A stretch of DNA of 64,000 nucleotides, from contig CAWGPQ010000006.1 of the NCBI GenBank assembly GCA_963824495.1, positions 1 to 64,000 of the forward strand. Reading direction: 5' to 3'. Both the position numbers and the translations under genes were made by a program. This DNA is from an uncultured bacterium (GTDB taxonomy: Bacteria > Babelota > Babeliae > Babelales > Babelaceae). Under the pieces are notes generated by a model that made no database searches, was not told the origin of the DNA, and saw only the letters and a list, made by a program, of their open reading frames with translations. Shown in pieces: positions 43,902-54,437 of the stretch (position 1 is its first letter; each line of letters starts with the position of its first letter).

Positions 43902-44351
43902 CTACTGTGAAAGCCGCTTCATTAAAAGGAGTGCTAATGGACCCGTTCCCATTTTGTCAATGAGTTCTTGGCTTTCTTTTGGCAAAATGCTTTTGTATTT
44001 TGCTAGAGCCTCGCCTACGGTCTTAGGTGATTTTGCGTTGCGAGTTTGTTTTAGTGCTTTGCAAAATTCGGCATATTTTGGCTGATCTGCTAGTGTTTTT
44101 GTTAGTTCGTCAACAAACTTTGGCCACTTAAAGTTTGCATCATCTCTGAACTTATGTAAAAGTTCATTTGCTTTCTTTATGGAAGCTTCTGAATGAGGCT
44201 TATGCACAGGCTTTTTTGTCGGCTCCTTGAGTTCAACCGGCTTTTTGTTCTGTGCATGCGCTGCTTGAAGGCATGTGTCCGAAAAAGCTAAGCCTACACA
44301 TAAGGCTGCAATTGAGAAATAGGTAACGAATGTGACATGATTATTTTTCAT
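43902..44351 (-). CDS. Hypothetical secreted protein (paralog of neighbour)
   Basis: Signal peptide; KYAEFCKAL...TVGEALAKY..ILP aligns with KYRNFCITI...TIGRALGKH..CLP. Confidence 0.6.
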   Translation of the reverse strand: MKNNHVTFVTYFSIAALCVGLAFSDTCLQAAHAQNKKPVELKEPTKKPVHKPHSEASIKKANELLHKFRDDANFKWPKFVDELTKTLADQPKYAEFCKALKQTRNAKSPKTVGEALAKYKSILPKESQELIDKMGTGPLALLLMKRLSQ

Positions 44352-44469
44352 GTTTTTCCTTTGGTTAGAAGGTTGAATATATGAGTGCGGTATAGATGCA
44401 CCCATTTTGCCCATACGTGTTTGGTATAGGCATCACGCTAAGATTATTAACGATGAGCTTTAATACTTG

Positions 44470-44976
44470 TTACAAAGCATTAAGAACATCGCAGGTTCGT
44501 CTCAAGTACTTGAGCTTGAGCTTTGCCAGTTTTGGAACTAGCTTTAGGAATTTCTCATGATAATGTTTGGTTATTGAAGGAAGTTCATCTCGTGTTGCTT
44601 GAAGTAGCTCTTTGCCTACAAGCGGTGCTAGCGTTCGGTCCCTTTCAATTCGATTCAGCACGCCTTGGGCAACTTTTGCAAAGTTAGGATACTTCATAAG
44701 CAATTTGACTGTCTTGGTAATATCGGAACTTTTTACCTCAAGCACAGAGCACAAGGTTCTGCCATTACTTACCATGCCTTCAATGCCTGTTGCAGCATTT
44801 CCGGAGGTAATAATCTGGCGGGTTAGTCTATGAATTTGATCTACTGTTTGCCTCAAAATACCGGCATCTTTTTCATGTGACCCAGCATATGAGATAAAAC
44901 TAGAAGATGCTGATGCGAGCATAACCGCACTTAGTACAACGTAATATACGTTACTTTTCAAAGAGTAATGTGTCAT
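44470..44976 (-). CDS. Hypothetical secreted protein
   Basis: Signal-like N-terminus, AAGGG RBS, 168-aa ORF. Confidence 0.55.
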   Translation of the reverse strand: MTHYSLKSNVYYVVLSAVMLASASSSFISYAGSHEKDAGILRQTVDQIHRLTRQIITSGNAATGIEGMVSNGRTLCSVLEVKSSDITKTVKLLMKYPNFAKVAQGVLNRIERDRTLAPLVGKELLQATRDELPSITKHYHEKFLKLVPKLAKLKLKYLRRTCDVLNAL

Positions 44977-46135
44977 TTTTTACCCTTATTGTTGTAAGGT
45001 TAAAAATATTTTGTGCATAATGCGCACTTTGAAAACATTATTCAGTTTAAAGCACTTATACGTTATGTCAAAAGGGTATACTTAAGCGCTAAAACAATTT
45101 ATAAAATAATTTATAAAATTTAAAAAATACATAATTTCTACTAATTGATATTATTTTTATAAATTTAAGAATAAAACTACTTTATCAACAGGAATTACGA
45201 ATAAGTATGAAAGATTTGAGTGGATAGTGGATCACTATATTCTAATAAGATCGCGTGTATTAAAATGATCACTAAAGATGACAGCTTCAAGTCCGGCAAA
45301 AAATTCTTGCTCTAATGAGTTAAAGTTATCATGATTGCTAAGTACGAGGAGGCTTATATCATTTGATAAAAAATGTATGAGATAAGCTGTGAAACCACCA
45401 GTGCCACCCCCGTGACCCAATGTCATGTCTCTACTGTATGGAGCAGGAGTAAGCACCAGGCCATAACCATATGATGAATTCTCGCGTATTCCATCCCCCC
45501 AGTTTGCATTACACCTGTTCGCATAAGATTCACTAACTCAGCATTGAGCAATTTCCCAGTGTGTAACGCTTCATCAAATAGATAGAGATCTCCGACTGTA
45601 GAGCACACATTTCCAGCACCAACTGACCAAGACATTTCATAAGGCTCGGTTGGTGAAAACTGATCTAATTCGAGTGTATAGCCTATGGCTTGATGAGGTT
45701 TATTTGAGCCATCATCGACATAGCTATTTTGCATTCCCAATGCCTCAAAGATATATTTTTGAAGACATGCTGCGTAGCTCACTCCAGCAACTTTTTCTAG
45801 AATATAAGCAAGGAGAACAAAATTCGAATTGCTGTAGTTAAATTTTGCTCCGGGTTGACATTTCAGTTCCTCATGTTTTATTAAATCCACCAATTCAGTC
45901 AGTGCAATTGGCTTTATGGATAATCGGAGATATACATGTTTAACGTATTGTTTATCTGCAAGTTGCCTTGTTCTTGCTGTTTTAGAATAGCAATTGCAGT
46001 AAACATTTTAGTAACTGATGCAATTCTAAAAGTAGTATCTAATTGATTCGGCTTGCCCTTTTCCTGATTGGCATAACCGTAGCCCTTATGAAGCAATATT
46101 ATAGTGACCCCCTGCGTTAAGACACGAAAATAGAT

Positions 46136-47026
46136 TTATTTAGGAGTCATGTTAACCTCCAAAGGGTTAGACTGGTTTTGTAACTTAAATTGTGCAAATA
46201 ACTGTTGTCTTGTAGGCACAACTCTTAAAGCGAAAATGAGGTTTGGCGTGTGATAGTTAAGCGCCTGATGAGGTCGTTTTTGATTATAAAAATCAACATA
46301 GCTCCGCAAAGCTACTCGAGCCTGATCCACAGTATCAAAACTGTGCAGGTAAACGTTTTCGTACTTTATAGTACGCCATAATCGTTCGACATGAGCATTA
46401 TCAGCCCAGCGACCCTTGCCATCCATGCTCACCTTTATACCGTTTCCTTCTAATTGTACGATCCAAGAGGTACTGGTAAACTGGCATCCTTGGTCGCTAT
46501 TAATAATCTCCGGTATGCCATGCTTCAAGGCGTTTTCAAGTGCTTCAAGACATGATTGCGTATCAAGAAAAGTAGATAAGCTCCATCCCATAATTCTTCT
46601 GCTAAAGACATCGAGCAAGCACACTAAATAAACAAAGCCAAGTCGTACCTTTATATAGGTGATGTCAACGGTCCATACCTGATTAGGGCGATCAATGCTA
46701 AGTTCACGTAGAAGATAGGGGTATACTTTGTGTCCCCGATCTCGTATAGTTGTTTTCTTTGTAGGATAAACAGCTTTTATGCCTGCAAGAGCGAGCAATC
46801 CTTGTAACCTCTTGTGATTGATAACGAAGCCTCTTTGCCTCAGAGCAACAAGAATACGGCGATAGCCATAAAATGGTGTTTCTTGATAAATACTTCTAAC
46901 CTCATTCAATATAGTCGCATCGTTACTTTTTAACGGCCTCGGTTGATAATACATCATGCTTCTCGCAACACCCAAAAGTTCGCATTTTCTTTTTATACCT
47001 ATCGCTTCATTACCGTGCTCAATCAT
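46136..47026 (-). CDS. IS3 transposase OrfB (DDE/rve integrase)
   Basis: YGYRR, NQVWTVDITY, NSDQGCQFTS, DNAHVERLWRTIKYE, YNQKRPH. Confidence 0.95.
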   Translation of the reverse strand: MIEHGNEAIGIKRKCELLGVARSMMYYQPRPLKSNDATILNEVRSIYQETPFYGYRRILVALRQRGFVINHKRLQGLLALAGIKAVYPTKKTTIRDRGHKVYPYLLRELSIDRPNQVWTVDITYIKVRLGFVYLVCLLDVFSRRIMGWSLSTFLDTQSCLEALENALKHGIPEIINSDQGCQFTSTSWIVQLEGNGIKVSMDGKGRWADNAHVERLWRTIKYENVYLHSFDTVDQARVALRSYVDFYNQKRPHQALNYHTPNLIFALRVVPTRQQLFAQFKLQNQSNPLEVNMTPK

Positions 47027-47046
47027 CTCTTTGCGTTTTTCACTAC

Positions 47047-47322
47047 TTAACGTTTGAGCACATGTCCTAAAAAATCACGTTCCGCAGTTAATTGTCCAAT
47101 AACACGATGCAATCTATCTATTTCTGCTTTATGGTCTACTTCTCGCTTATCTTCAAAGATCTTATTGCTCTCTTCCTCCAGCTGCTTTTTCCATGCAAAT
47201 ATTTGACTTGCTGAAATGCTATACTCTTGGCATAATTCTGCAACTGTTTTCTTTTCTTTTAGGGCCTCTAGAGCTACCTTACTCTTAAATGAACTTCCAT
47301 GTTTCTTGTATATTCTTGCCAT
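47047..47322 (-). CDS. IS3 transposase OrfA (HTH)
   Basis: FKSKVALEAL...TVAELCQEY.I...QIFAWKK; slippery TTTTTTA at 47068-47074 (minus strand) leading into the OrfB -1 frame. Confidence 0.93.
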   Translation of the reverse strand: MARIYKKHGSSFKSKVALEALKEKKTVAELCQEYSISASQIFAWKKQLEEESNKIFEDKREVDHKAEIDRLHRVIGQLTAERDFLGHVLKR

Positions 47323-47817
47323 GCTTTACCCCAGTAATAGTGATGATCTTTTTGCATCATTATACTCCCCAATTTCTCCAATTACACGTGTCTGATTTCT
47401 AGGGGTCATTATATATCGTACCTTTACGGGAAACAAGAACAGCACCAGAAAAATTGTGATTATTCGTCCATTCGATCAAAAAGGTATCAAGTTTTTCAGA
47501 AATCATCTTATCCACTATACGTACCCGATTCTTAATACCAATTTAAAATTTAAGATACTCTTTCACATGGGACATAATTCACGCCACTACAGATTACCTT
47601 AATAGCAATTGATAGCAATATATACTGGCGTTACGAACCAAGAATAGATACTGAACGGCACCAGCTTAAAAGCGGGATGATGTAGGGTTACCATCTATTT
47701 ATTTTTTTATAGCGATCAAGTGGAAAGGAAAATAATAGAAAGGGACAAATATTTGGCGTATTATAAATAACTGTTTGGTTTTCGTTATATCTACCAGTTA
47801 CTAAAATAGGCTTTTAC

Positions 47818-48882
47818 ATGATCTATCATCTTGCGCTGTATCTTAAACATCACATAAGCGGTTTGAATCTCGTTCATTATGTGAGTTTTCGGGCTATGGC
47901 ATCGTTATTAACAGCCTTAGTCTTATCATTTGTGCTTGGCCCTTGGTTTATCGCAACATCTCAAGCTTTTTTTAGGTCAGCCTCTCGTCCGCATACTCCT
48001 GCTTCACATAAAGTTAAAGATGGTATGCCAACTATGGGTGGCTTGTTTATTCTCATGGTTATTAGCATTACAACGCTTCTTTGGTCTAACTTACGTGTAG
48101 GGGACGTATGGATATTTCTTGTCTGCCTTATGCTGTTTGGACTAATTGGCCTATGGGATGACTGGTCCAAGATACGCTATCGTAAAGGAATTTCTGAGCG
48201 TACGAAGTTTCGAGCGCAAGTGTTGAGTGCTCTGTGTGTTATAAGTGCTTGGATGGTATGTTCTCAGCCGTCAACTGAACTGTGCTTGCCATTTTTTAAG
48301 AATTATGCCCCAGATTTAGGGTTACTTTTTATTCCTTGGGCTATCTTTCTCTTGGTAGCCACAAGTAATGCGGTTAATCTTATGGATGGTCTTGATGGTT
48401 TGGCTCTCACATCACTTATCCCTAATTTTGCAATGTTCTCATTAGTATGTTATGTAGCAGGTCATTATGCTTTTGCTTCGTATCTTCATGTGCCATTTGC
48501 TGGAACGGCAGAGATCGCTATTCTTGGATCGACATTAGTAGGAGCATGTCTTGGCTTCTTGTGGTACAACACTTATCCAGCACAGATTTTCATGGGTGAT
48601 GTTGGGTCGCTTGCCTTGGGCAGTGGCTTAGCGCTTATGGCGCTTATGGCCAAGCAAGAATTGTTGCTAGCTCTTTCAGGTGGTTTATTTGTTGTTGAAA
48701 CGCTTTCTGTTATTATTCAGGTTATCTCGTACAAAAAATGGGGTAGACGGATCTTTAAAATGGCTCCAGTCCATCACCACTTTGAGCTATTGGGTTGGCA
48801 AGAATCTAAAATTACCGTACGCTTTGGTATTATCTCGCTTATTCTGTGCTTGCTTGCGCTTATGACGCTTAAGATTCGTTAG
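47818..48882 (+). CDS. mraY: Phospho-N-acetylmuramoyl-pentapeptide transferase
   Basis: PTMGG, GLWDD, SNAVNLMDGLDGLA, PAQIFMGDVGSL, FKMAPVHHHFE. Confidence 0.97.
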   Translation: MIYHLALYLKHHISGLNLVHYVSFRAMASLLTALVLSFVLGPWFIATSQAFFRSASRPHTPASHKVKDGMPTMGGLFILMVISITTLLWSNLRVGDVWIFLVCLMLFGLIGLWDDWSKIRYRKGISERTKFRAQVLSALCVISAWMVCSQPSTELCLPFFKNYAPDLGLLFIPWAIFLLVATSNAVNLMDGLDGLALTSLIPNFAMFSLVCYVAGHYAFASYLHVPFAGTAEIAILGSTLVGACLGFLWYNTYPAQIFMGDVGSLALGSGLALMALMAKQELLLALSGGLFVVETLSVIIQVISYKKWGRRIFKMAPVHHHFELLGWQESKITVRFGIISLILCLLALMTLKIR

Positions 48883-48897
48883 AGAGGGTTTACAAAA

Positions 48898-49298
48898 ATG
48901 AAAACTAAGATTCTGAAACAAGCTCAGGAAATATTTTTTTCGATCTTGGTGTTCCAAATCCAGAAGAAAGACTTGCCAAAGTCAAACTTGCTATACAAAT
49001 TAACCTTTTAATTAAGCAAAAAGGTCTTACGCAGGAAGCCGCAGCAGAACTTCTTGGTATCGATCAACCTAAGGTCTCGGCTCTTTATCAAGGTAGGCTT
49101 TCAGGGTTTTCCTTAGAAAGACTTTTTCGCTTTTTAAATCGCCTTGATCAAAATATTAAGATTGAGGTTACTCCTATTGAAAGCCCCAAAGAAAAGGCAA
49201 ATATTGTTGTGAGTTTCTCTGACTTGTTGCCAGAGCCAGTTGCTAGAAGCCGGGGTGACGCTACAGCTTTGGTTGTACAACCACGTAAACGCAGTTAG
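48898..49298 (+). pseudogene. XRE-family HTH (HTH_37/HigA-like) regulator, frameshifted near its start
   Basis: Out-of-track frame reads ETSSGNIFFDLG..NPEERLAKVKLA...LTQEAAAELLGIDQPKVSAL..GRLSGFSLERL; ATG at 48898 is in a different frame. Confidence 0.75.
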
Positions 49299-50599
49299 CC
49301 CTTACAAGCACAGCTACGATAAGATGTTGTGCTAAACATGGCTGAACCCAGGGTGAGTACCATAAGAAATACCACGATAGGTATACTTCCAAACGTGCTG
49401 ATATTACGTATAAGTGCTGCTATGAGAACTAAGCAGCTTGCGATGCTAAGTATTGAATTTACTGGTATGGTTTTAAGACTTTTAAAGCGCAAAGCAGCTA
49501 GAGCCAGAACGCTCAACGTATAGGTGATGGTCATGCCTGATGAGGAAATCTGTTGAAGCGGAATCTGGTTACCTTGAGCAAAAAGTGTATAGCCAATAGC
49601 AAAGAGTCCTTCCACTAAAACACACAGATAGGGGATATTATGTCTATTGAGCTTGGTCAATTGAGCTGCACCAAGAACATGCTTGCATTGAGCAAGCGTA
49701 AAGAGATTCCAAGCATTACTGTACATAATGCCGTAGGCAGCACCCAATGACGACGAAGCTATGCCAATATGCAAAAATGCCTCAAGCCAAGAACGTCCAT
49801 AGCTCTGTGTAGGCATAAGTTTTGATAAAAGGGCAGGAAAAGCCTGAAGATAGCTTGTCAGTGAGCTGAGCTCCGATCCGAGGCTGCCAAAGAACATAAT
49901 CTGATAGAGTATTGCAATAGTCAAGCCAAGAGCATATGAATAAAGTATAGCTCGAGGGCCGTCACGTTCAGGATTTTTAAGTGACCTGCTTAGAGAGCAG
50001 CTTGCTTCAAAGCCCGTAAACGCATAGAGCACAAAGGGAATGCTTGAGGTCATACCTGCCCAGTTTAATTTCCCCGTAGAAAAATGAGCACCAGAGAAGA
50101 GATAGAGCCCACTTATAATAGCAAAAATTATGGGGATAAGTTTAAGTGCCATAAACGAAAACTGAATTGATCTGCCAATACGTAAGTTAAGCATATTGAG
50201 CAATACAAAAAAACAGATAATACCACAATCGAGCGTCAGTGTGGGGATAGGCGCTAGCACTGAAAATATAGTCTTAAGAAGTGATGTAAAAACGTGAATA
50301 CCTAATGCGCAGGAAGCTAACTTTGCTGTAAAGTAGCTCCAGGTGCTTATAAAGCCAATAAAGGGGCTTATGGTAGAGCCATATTCGTAAAAATTTCCTC
50401 CCTGATGATGCTTGACTAGATCAGCTATTGCAAAAATCAGAGGAAGTAAGAGTACACCAACTAAAGCATAGGCGGCAGCACCTAATGCACCCGCACTTTG
50501 GGCGAGCAAAACGGTATTTATAAAGATACCTGCACCAAGCATAATATTAAGATTAATAAGAATGGCAGAAGCAAGAGAGAGTTTATGAGAAGTCGCCAT
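49295..50599 (-). CDS. APC-family amino acid permease
   Basis: NIMLGAGIF, GGNFYEY, YAFTGFE, KNPERDGPRAI; about 12 TM segments. Confidence 0.88.
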   Translation of the reverse strand: MATSHKLSLASAILINLNIMLGAGIFINTVLLAQSAGALGAAAYALVGVLLLPLIFAIADLVKHHQGGNFYEYGSTISPFIGFISTWSYFTAKLASCALGIHVFTSLLKTIFSVLAPIPTLTLDCGIICFFVLLNMLNLRIGRSIQFSFMALKLIPIIFAIISGLYLFSGAHFSTGKLNWAGMTSSIPFVLYAFTGFEASCSLSRSLKNPERDGPRAILYSYALGLTIAILYQIMFFGSLGSELSSLTSYLQAFPALLSKLMPTQSYGRSWLEAFLHIGIASSSLGAAYGIMYSNAWNLFTLAQCKHVLGAAQLTKLNRHNIPYLCVLVEGLFAIGYTLFAQGNQIPLQQISSSGMTITYTLSVLALAALRFKSLKTIPVNSILSIASCLVLIAALIRNISTFGSIPIVVFLMVLTLGSAMFSTTSYRSCACKG

Positions 50600-50677
50600 A
50601 CAGGTCTTTCTGAAATTTTATTTTTGTGTCTAACTAGATTATTTTATTACTAATTTTCAAAATTGTAAATTAGTATA

Positions 50678-51430
50678 TTAAAGCTTAACGAAAGCATAAT
50701 ACAGCGCAATAGAGCCAGCAATGGCAGCATTAAGGCTTTCGGTAGCGCCTTGCATAGGAAGCGTAAGGAACTCATCACACTGAGCAAGCCACTGATGAGG
50801 TATGCCATGAGCCTCGCTTCCAACAACAAGAAGTGTGTTTTCAAAAGTAAGTTCTTTGGGACTTTTACCTCCTGATACTACTAATGCACAAAGCTTGAGG
50901 TTGTGCTTATGAGCAACCAATTCTTCCCAGCTGAAAGTAAATATTTTTACAAAGGCATGACTCCCCGCGCTTGCTTGGACAACTTTGGGGCTCCAGGGAT
51001 CACAACCGTCAACTATAACAACTGATAAACTGCCGCAAGCTGCTGCTGTACGAATTAGTGTCCCCATATTACCCGGATCGCTTACCTGTGCAAGTACAAG
51101 ACCTGACCCTAACGCTTCAGGTGATGGTGAAAGTGGTATATGAAATACACCAAGAATACCGCTGGGTGTATGAGCAGTGCTTAACTTTTTCATAAGCTCA
51201 TGACTAACAATTGTTATATAGTGCTCATGCTCTGCTAAAAAACTTTTATTGTGCTGATATGCTTCTTGCGTAAGATAGAGTTGATAGAGCACGTAATGGG
51301 CTTTTAAAAAGGTCATACACGTACGCAACCCTTCAGCTATAAAAAGCTGATGCTTTGTGCGACCTTTGGAAAATTTAAGCTCATTAATAAGCTTTACCTG
51401 TGGATTATCCGGCGAAGTGATATGCTTCAT
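50678..51430 (-). CDS. TrmH/SpoU-family RNA methyltransferase
   Basis: DPGNMGTLIRTA, PKVVQASAG, GSEAHGI, ESLNAAIA. Confidence 0.92.
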   Translation of the reverse strand: MKHITSPDNPQVKLINELKFSKGRTKHQLFIAEGLRTCMTFLKAHYVLYQLYLTQEAYQHNKSFLAEHEHYITIVSHELMKKLSTAHTPSGILGVFHIPLSPSPEALGSGLVLAQVSDPGNMGTLIRTAAACGSLSVVIVDGCDPWSPKVVQASAGSHAFVKIFTFSWEELVAHKHNLKLCALVVSGGKSPKELTFENTLLVVGSEAHGIPHQWLAQCDEFLTLPMQGATESLNAAIAGSIALYYAFVKL

Positions 51431-51539
51431 ATGAATTCTCGTTTTTGGTGCTGATTAATAGAAATAGTATTGATTAGTATGTTAGTATAAAGCTAGCATA
51501 GATTTTGTTATAGCACGGCTTATATCCGGGACTTTTAAG

Positions 51540-52502
51540 ATGAGGCTTAATTCTGTATTAGTGGTTGATCATTTAACAAAAATATTTACCCAACGCTCGG
51601 GTTTTTTAGGTATGCGTAAAACAAGTTTTACTGCCGTTGATAACCTTTCATTTACTCTTGAGCGTGGAGAGATAGTCGGTATACTCGGTGCCAACGGGGC
51701 AGGCAAGACTACAACGATTCAAATGCTTTTAAGTACGCTTAAGCCTACATCTGGGAGTATAAGCTATTTTGGTAAAAATTTTTTTACACATCGTTCAGAA
51801 ACTCTACAGCACATTGCTTTTGCAAGCACGTATATAAAGCTGCCTAATACTTTGACCGTTGAGCAAAATCTTGATGTTTACGGTAGGCTCTACGGTCTAT
51901 CTAGGCGTCAACGATTAGACGCTACAAAAAAGTTTTTGACGCATTTTGGCATGTGGGATTTACGTAGTAGATTGCTCTCTGAGCTTTCTGCTGGACAGAT
52001 TACACGGGTTATGCTTGCAAAAGCATTTCTTGCAAACCCACGCCTTGTATTACTTGATGAGCCGACAGCAAGCCTTGATCCTGATATCGCATTAGAAGTT
52101 CGTCAATTTATTCTCGAGCAACGGCGTAATCATAATGTTTCGTTTTTGCTTACGTCCCATAATATGGATGAAGTTACTGAAACGTGTGATAGGGTATTAG
52201 TTTTGCATAAGGGCAAACTTATTGCGAGTGATACTCCAGCTCAACTTGCCGCTCGTGTTCGCCAAGCAACTGTTGAGTTTATTATAGTAGCTGGTATAGA
52301 ACATGCTCTTGCTTATCTTAACAAACATAATTATCACTATACACAACAAGATGCTATCATAAAAGTACATGTTGATAGTCAGGCTATTGCGAAATTTTTG
52401 CAAGAAATTACGCATATTGGTATCGAGTACTCTCAAATCGCTATTGAGAAGCCAACGCTTGAAGATTATTTCTTAACAGTTTTACACAAATCACGAGTGT
52501 GA
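51540..52502 (+). CDS. ABC-2 type transporter ATP-binding protein
   Basis: GANGAGKTT, LSAGQ, LLDEPT, SHNMDE, PTLEDYF. Confidence 0.92.
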   Translation: MRLNSVLVVDHLTKIFTQRSGFLGMRKTSFTAVDNLSFTLERGEIVGILGANGAGKTTTIQMLLSTLKPTSGSISYFGKNFFTHRSETLQHIAFASTYIKLPNTLTVEQNLDVYGRLYGLSRRQRLDATKKFLTHFGMWDLRSRLLSELSAGQITRVMLAKAFLANPRLVLLDEPTASLDPDIALEVRQFILEQRRNHNVSFLLTSHNMDEVTETCDRVLVLHKGKLIASDTPAQLAARVRQATVEFIIVAGIEHALAYLNKHNYHYTQQDAIIKVHVDSQAIAKFLQEITHIGIEYSQIAIEKPTLEDYFLTVLHKSRV

Positions 52503-53284
52503 TAATGCGATTCTATCGAATTAAGGCGGTTATGCTGCGTCATCTCTTGCTCTATATAAATGGCTATGGTCGTTTCATTGAGCTGTTATATTGGCCCTTG
52601 CGCGATATTATTATGTGGGGTTTGACAAGCTTGTGGATATCTTCTAGCACGAGCGTAATGCCCAACGTGATGCTCATTATGCTTTCTGGTATTGTTATTT
52701 GGCAAGTGGTGCTCAGGTCACTATATATCTCAGGATTAAGTATTTTTGAAGAGCTGATTGCGCATAACTTGGTAAATTTGGTCTCATCACCGCTTACGTT
52801 AGGGGAATGGGTAGTAGGCATCATGGGTACAAGTGTTATCCTGTCGTTTATAGCTGTAGTTTTTGGCATGATTGGTGCAAAGCTTATATACGGCGTTTCT
52901 ATCTGGTCGCTTGGTATATTACTTGTTCCAAGTGCTCTTTTATCACTTATGTTTGGTTGGACACTAGGATTTATAGGCGCCTCGTTTACGGTGCTCTGGG
53001 GTATAAAAGCATATTCATACGTGTCAATCTTATCATGGCTCTTTGCGCCTTTTCTTGGTATTTTCACACCGATAACTCTATTGCCAGCGTGGGCAATAAC
53101 ATTTTCACGCTTTTTGCCAGCCAGCTATGTTTTTAGCGAGATACGGAATTTTATTACGAACGGTTATATTGAGTGGCCTATGTTCTTGATCAGTTTTGCG
53201 CTTAATGCTGTCTACCTTACGGTATCGCTTATTCTTTTTGCCACTGCTTTTGATATAAAAAGAGCTCGGGGGTTACCGCTCTAA
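52499..53284 (+). CDS. ABC-2 type transporter permease
   Basis: Six TM segments, overlaps the ATPase gene, P..LLPAW....RFLPASY. Confidence 0.85.
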   Translation: MIMRFYRIKAVMLRHLLLYINGYGRFIELLYWPLRDIIMWGLTSLWISSSTSVMPNVMLIMLSGIVIWQVVLRSLYISGLSIFEELIAHNLVNLVSSPLTLGEWVVGIMGTSVILSFIAVVFGMIGAKLIYGVSIWSLGILLVPSALLSLMFGWTLGFIGASFTVLWGIKAYSYVSILSWLFAPFLGIFTPITLLPAWAITFSRFLPASYVFSEIRNFITNGYIEWPMFLISFALNAVYLTVSLILFATAFDIKRARGLPL

Positions 53285-53302
53285 TTTTTTATACAGTACT
53301 TG

Positions 53303-54436
53303 TTATAGCTGACCATCTAAAATCTTGAGCCGATAGTCACGCATAAGCGCTACCATGAAATGAAGATTATGAATACTTGCAAGCGTGAGTCCAACTATTT
53401 CATGAGCTTTAAAGAGATGGTGCAGGTAGGCTCGTGTATACTGTTGGCAGGTAATGCACGTACAAGATTCATCTACAGGTCGAAAGATAGTTTTGTTTTC
53501 TGATCGGTTAATTTTAATCATGCCCTGCGAGGTAAACAAAAGCCCATGACGTGCACATTTTGTTGGATATGAGCTATCGAAAGTATCGATACCTAAGGGT
53601 ATACAATCATGCAGAGATGGCAGGTCGCCAATACCTAACAAGTGATTTGGTTTGTCTTCTGGTAGAGACGGCATGAGAGATATGAGCATAGTGACCATTT
53701 CTGCTCGCGTTTTACCCAAGCTACCGCCAATAGCAAAACCATCAAAGGGTAAGCGTGTAAGAAATTCAACACTTATCGTGCGCAATTGGGGATCAACGCC
53801 ACCGTGAATCACAGCATACATAGCTTGCTCTTGAGCATTTTTAAGATGTTCGTTAAGTGAACGTTCTTCCCAGCGATGTGTTCGATCGAGTGATTTTTTG
53901 AGTGTGGCATAATCCGTATGATAAGGAGGTAGTTCATCGAGAGGTATAATAATATCGGCACCCAAAGCTTTTTGTGCCTGCACCGATGATTCTGGTGTAA
54001 GTACTACACGACTGCCATCACGATATGAACGGAAGATGATTCCCTCTTCACTAATTTTCAAAACAGAGCCATCATGCTTTTTTTGACCCTTACTTTTGAG
54101 TTCTTCTGTCACACTGCCGTAGGTAAGGCTAAATACCTGAAAACCACCCGAATCGGTAATGATAGGGGCTGGTCTATTCATAAACGTATGTAAACCGCCT
54201 GCTTGCTGTATGACATCAGGTCCTGGATGTAAAAGCAAGTGATAGGTATTGCAAAACATAAGCTGTACGTCGAGTGTATTAACGACGGTATTATCAACAG
54301 CTTTGATGGTAGCATTTGTTGCTACGGGCACAAAATTCGGCGTATCTATTATCCCATGAGGCGTATATATACGACCAACACGTGCACGAGATTTTTTTGA
54401 GGAGTAAAGTAGTTCAAAAGAAAAAAAGGGCTGCAT
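53303..54436 (-). CDS. tgt: tRNA-guanine transglycosylase
   Basis: TPNFVPVAT, NTYHL, TDSGGFQVFSL, HLLGIG, DTFDS, CTCITC...H zinc site. Confidence 0.95.
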   Translation of the reverse strand: MQPFFSFELLYSSKKSRARVGRIYTPHGIIDTPNFVPVATNATIKAVDNTVVNTLDVQLMFCNTYHLLLHPGPDVIQQAGGLHTFMNRPAPIITDSGGFQVFSLTYGSVTEELKSKGQKKHDGSVLKISEEGIIFRSYRDGSRVVLTPESSVQAQKALGADIIIPLDELPPYHTDYATLKKSLDRTHRWEERSLNEHLKNAQEQAMYAVIHGGVDPQLRTISVEFLTRLPFDGFAIGGSLGKTRAEMVTMLISLMPSLPEDKPNHLLGIGDLPSLHDCIPLGIDTFDSSYPTKCARHGLLFTSQGMIKINRSENKTIFRPVDESCTCITCQQYTRAYLHHLFKAHEIVGLTLASIHNLHFMVALMRDYRLKILDGQL

Positions 54437-54437
54437 A

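Larger units (their letters stand above)
46100..47413 (-). mobile_element. IS3-family insertion sequence, complete (1314 bp)
   Basis: Imperfect IRs TATAGTGACCCCCTGCGTTAAGACACG / TATAATGACCCCTAGAAATCAGACACG; 3-bp target duplication TAT (46097-46099, 47414-47416); removing it restores the host reading frame. Confidence 0.92.
45235..47506 (-). pseudogene. Serine hydrolase (class C beta-lactamase-like) disrupted by IS3, an internal deletion and a frameshift
   Basis: FSGAVLVSRKGTI | LLHKGYG on the two sides of the IS; FRIASVTKMFT (SxxK), FNYSNSN (YxN), GHGGG. Confidence 0.85.
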
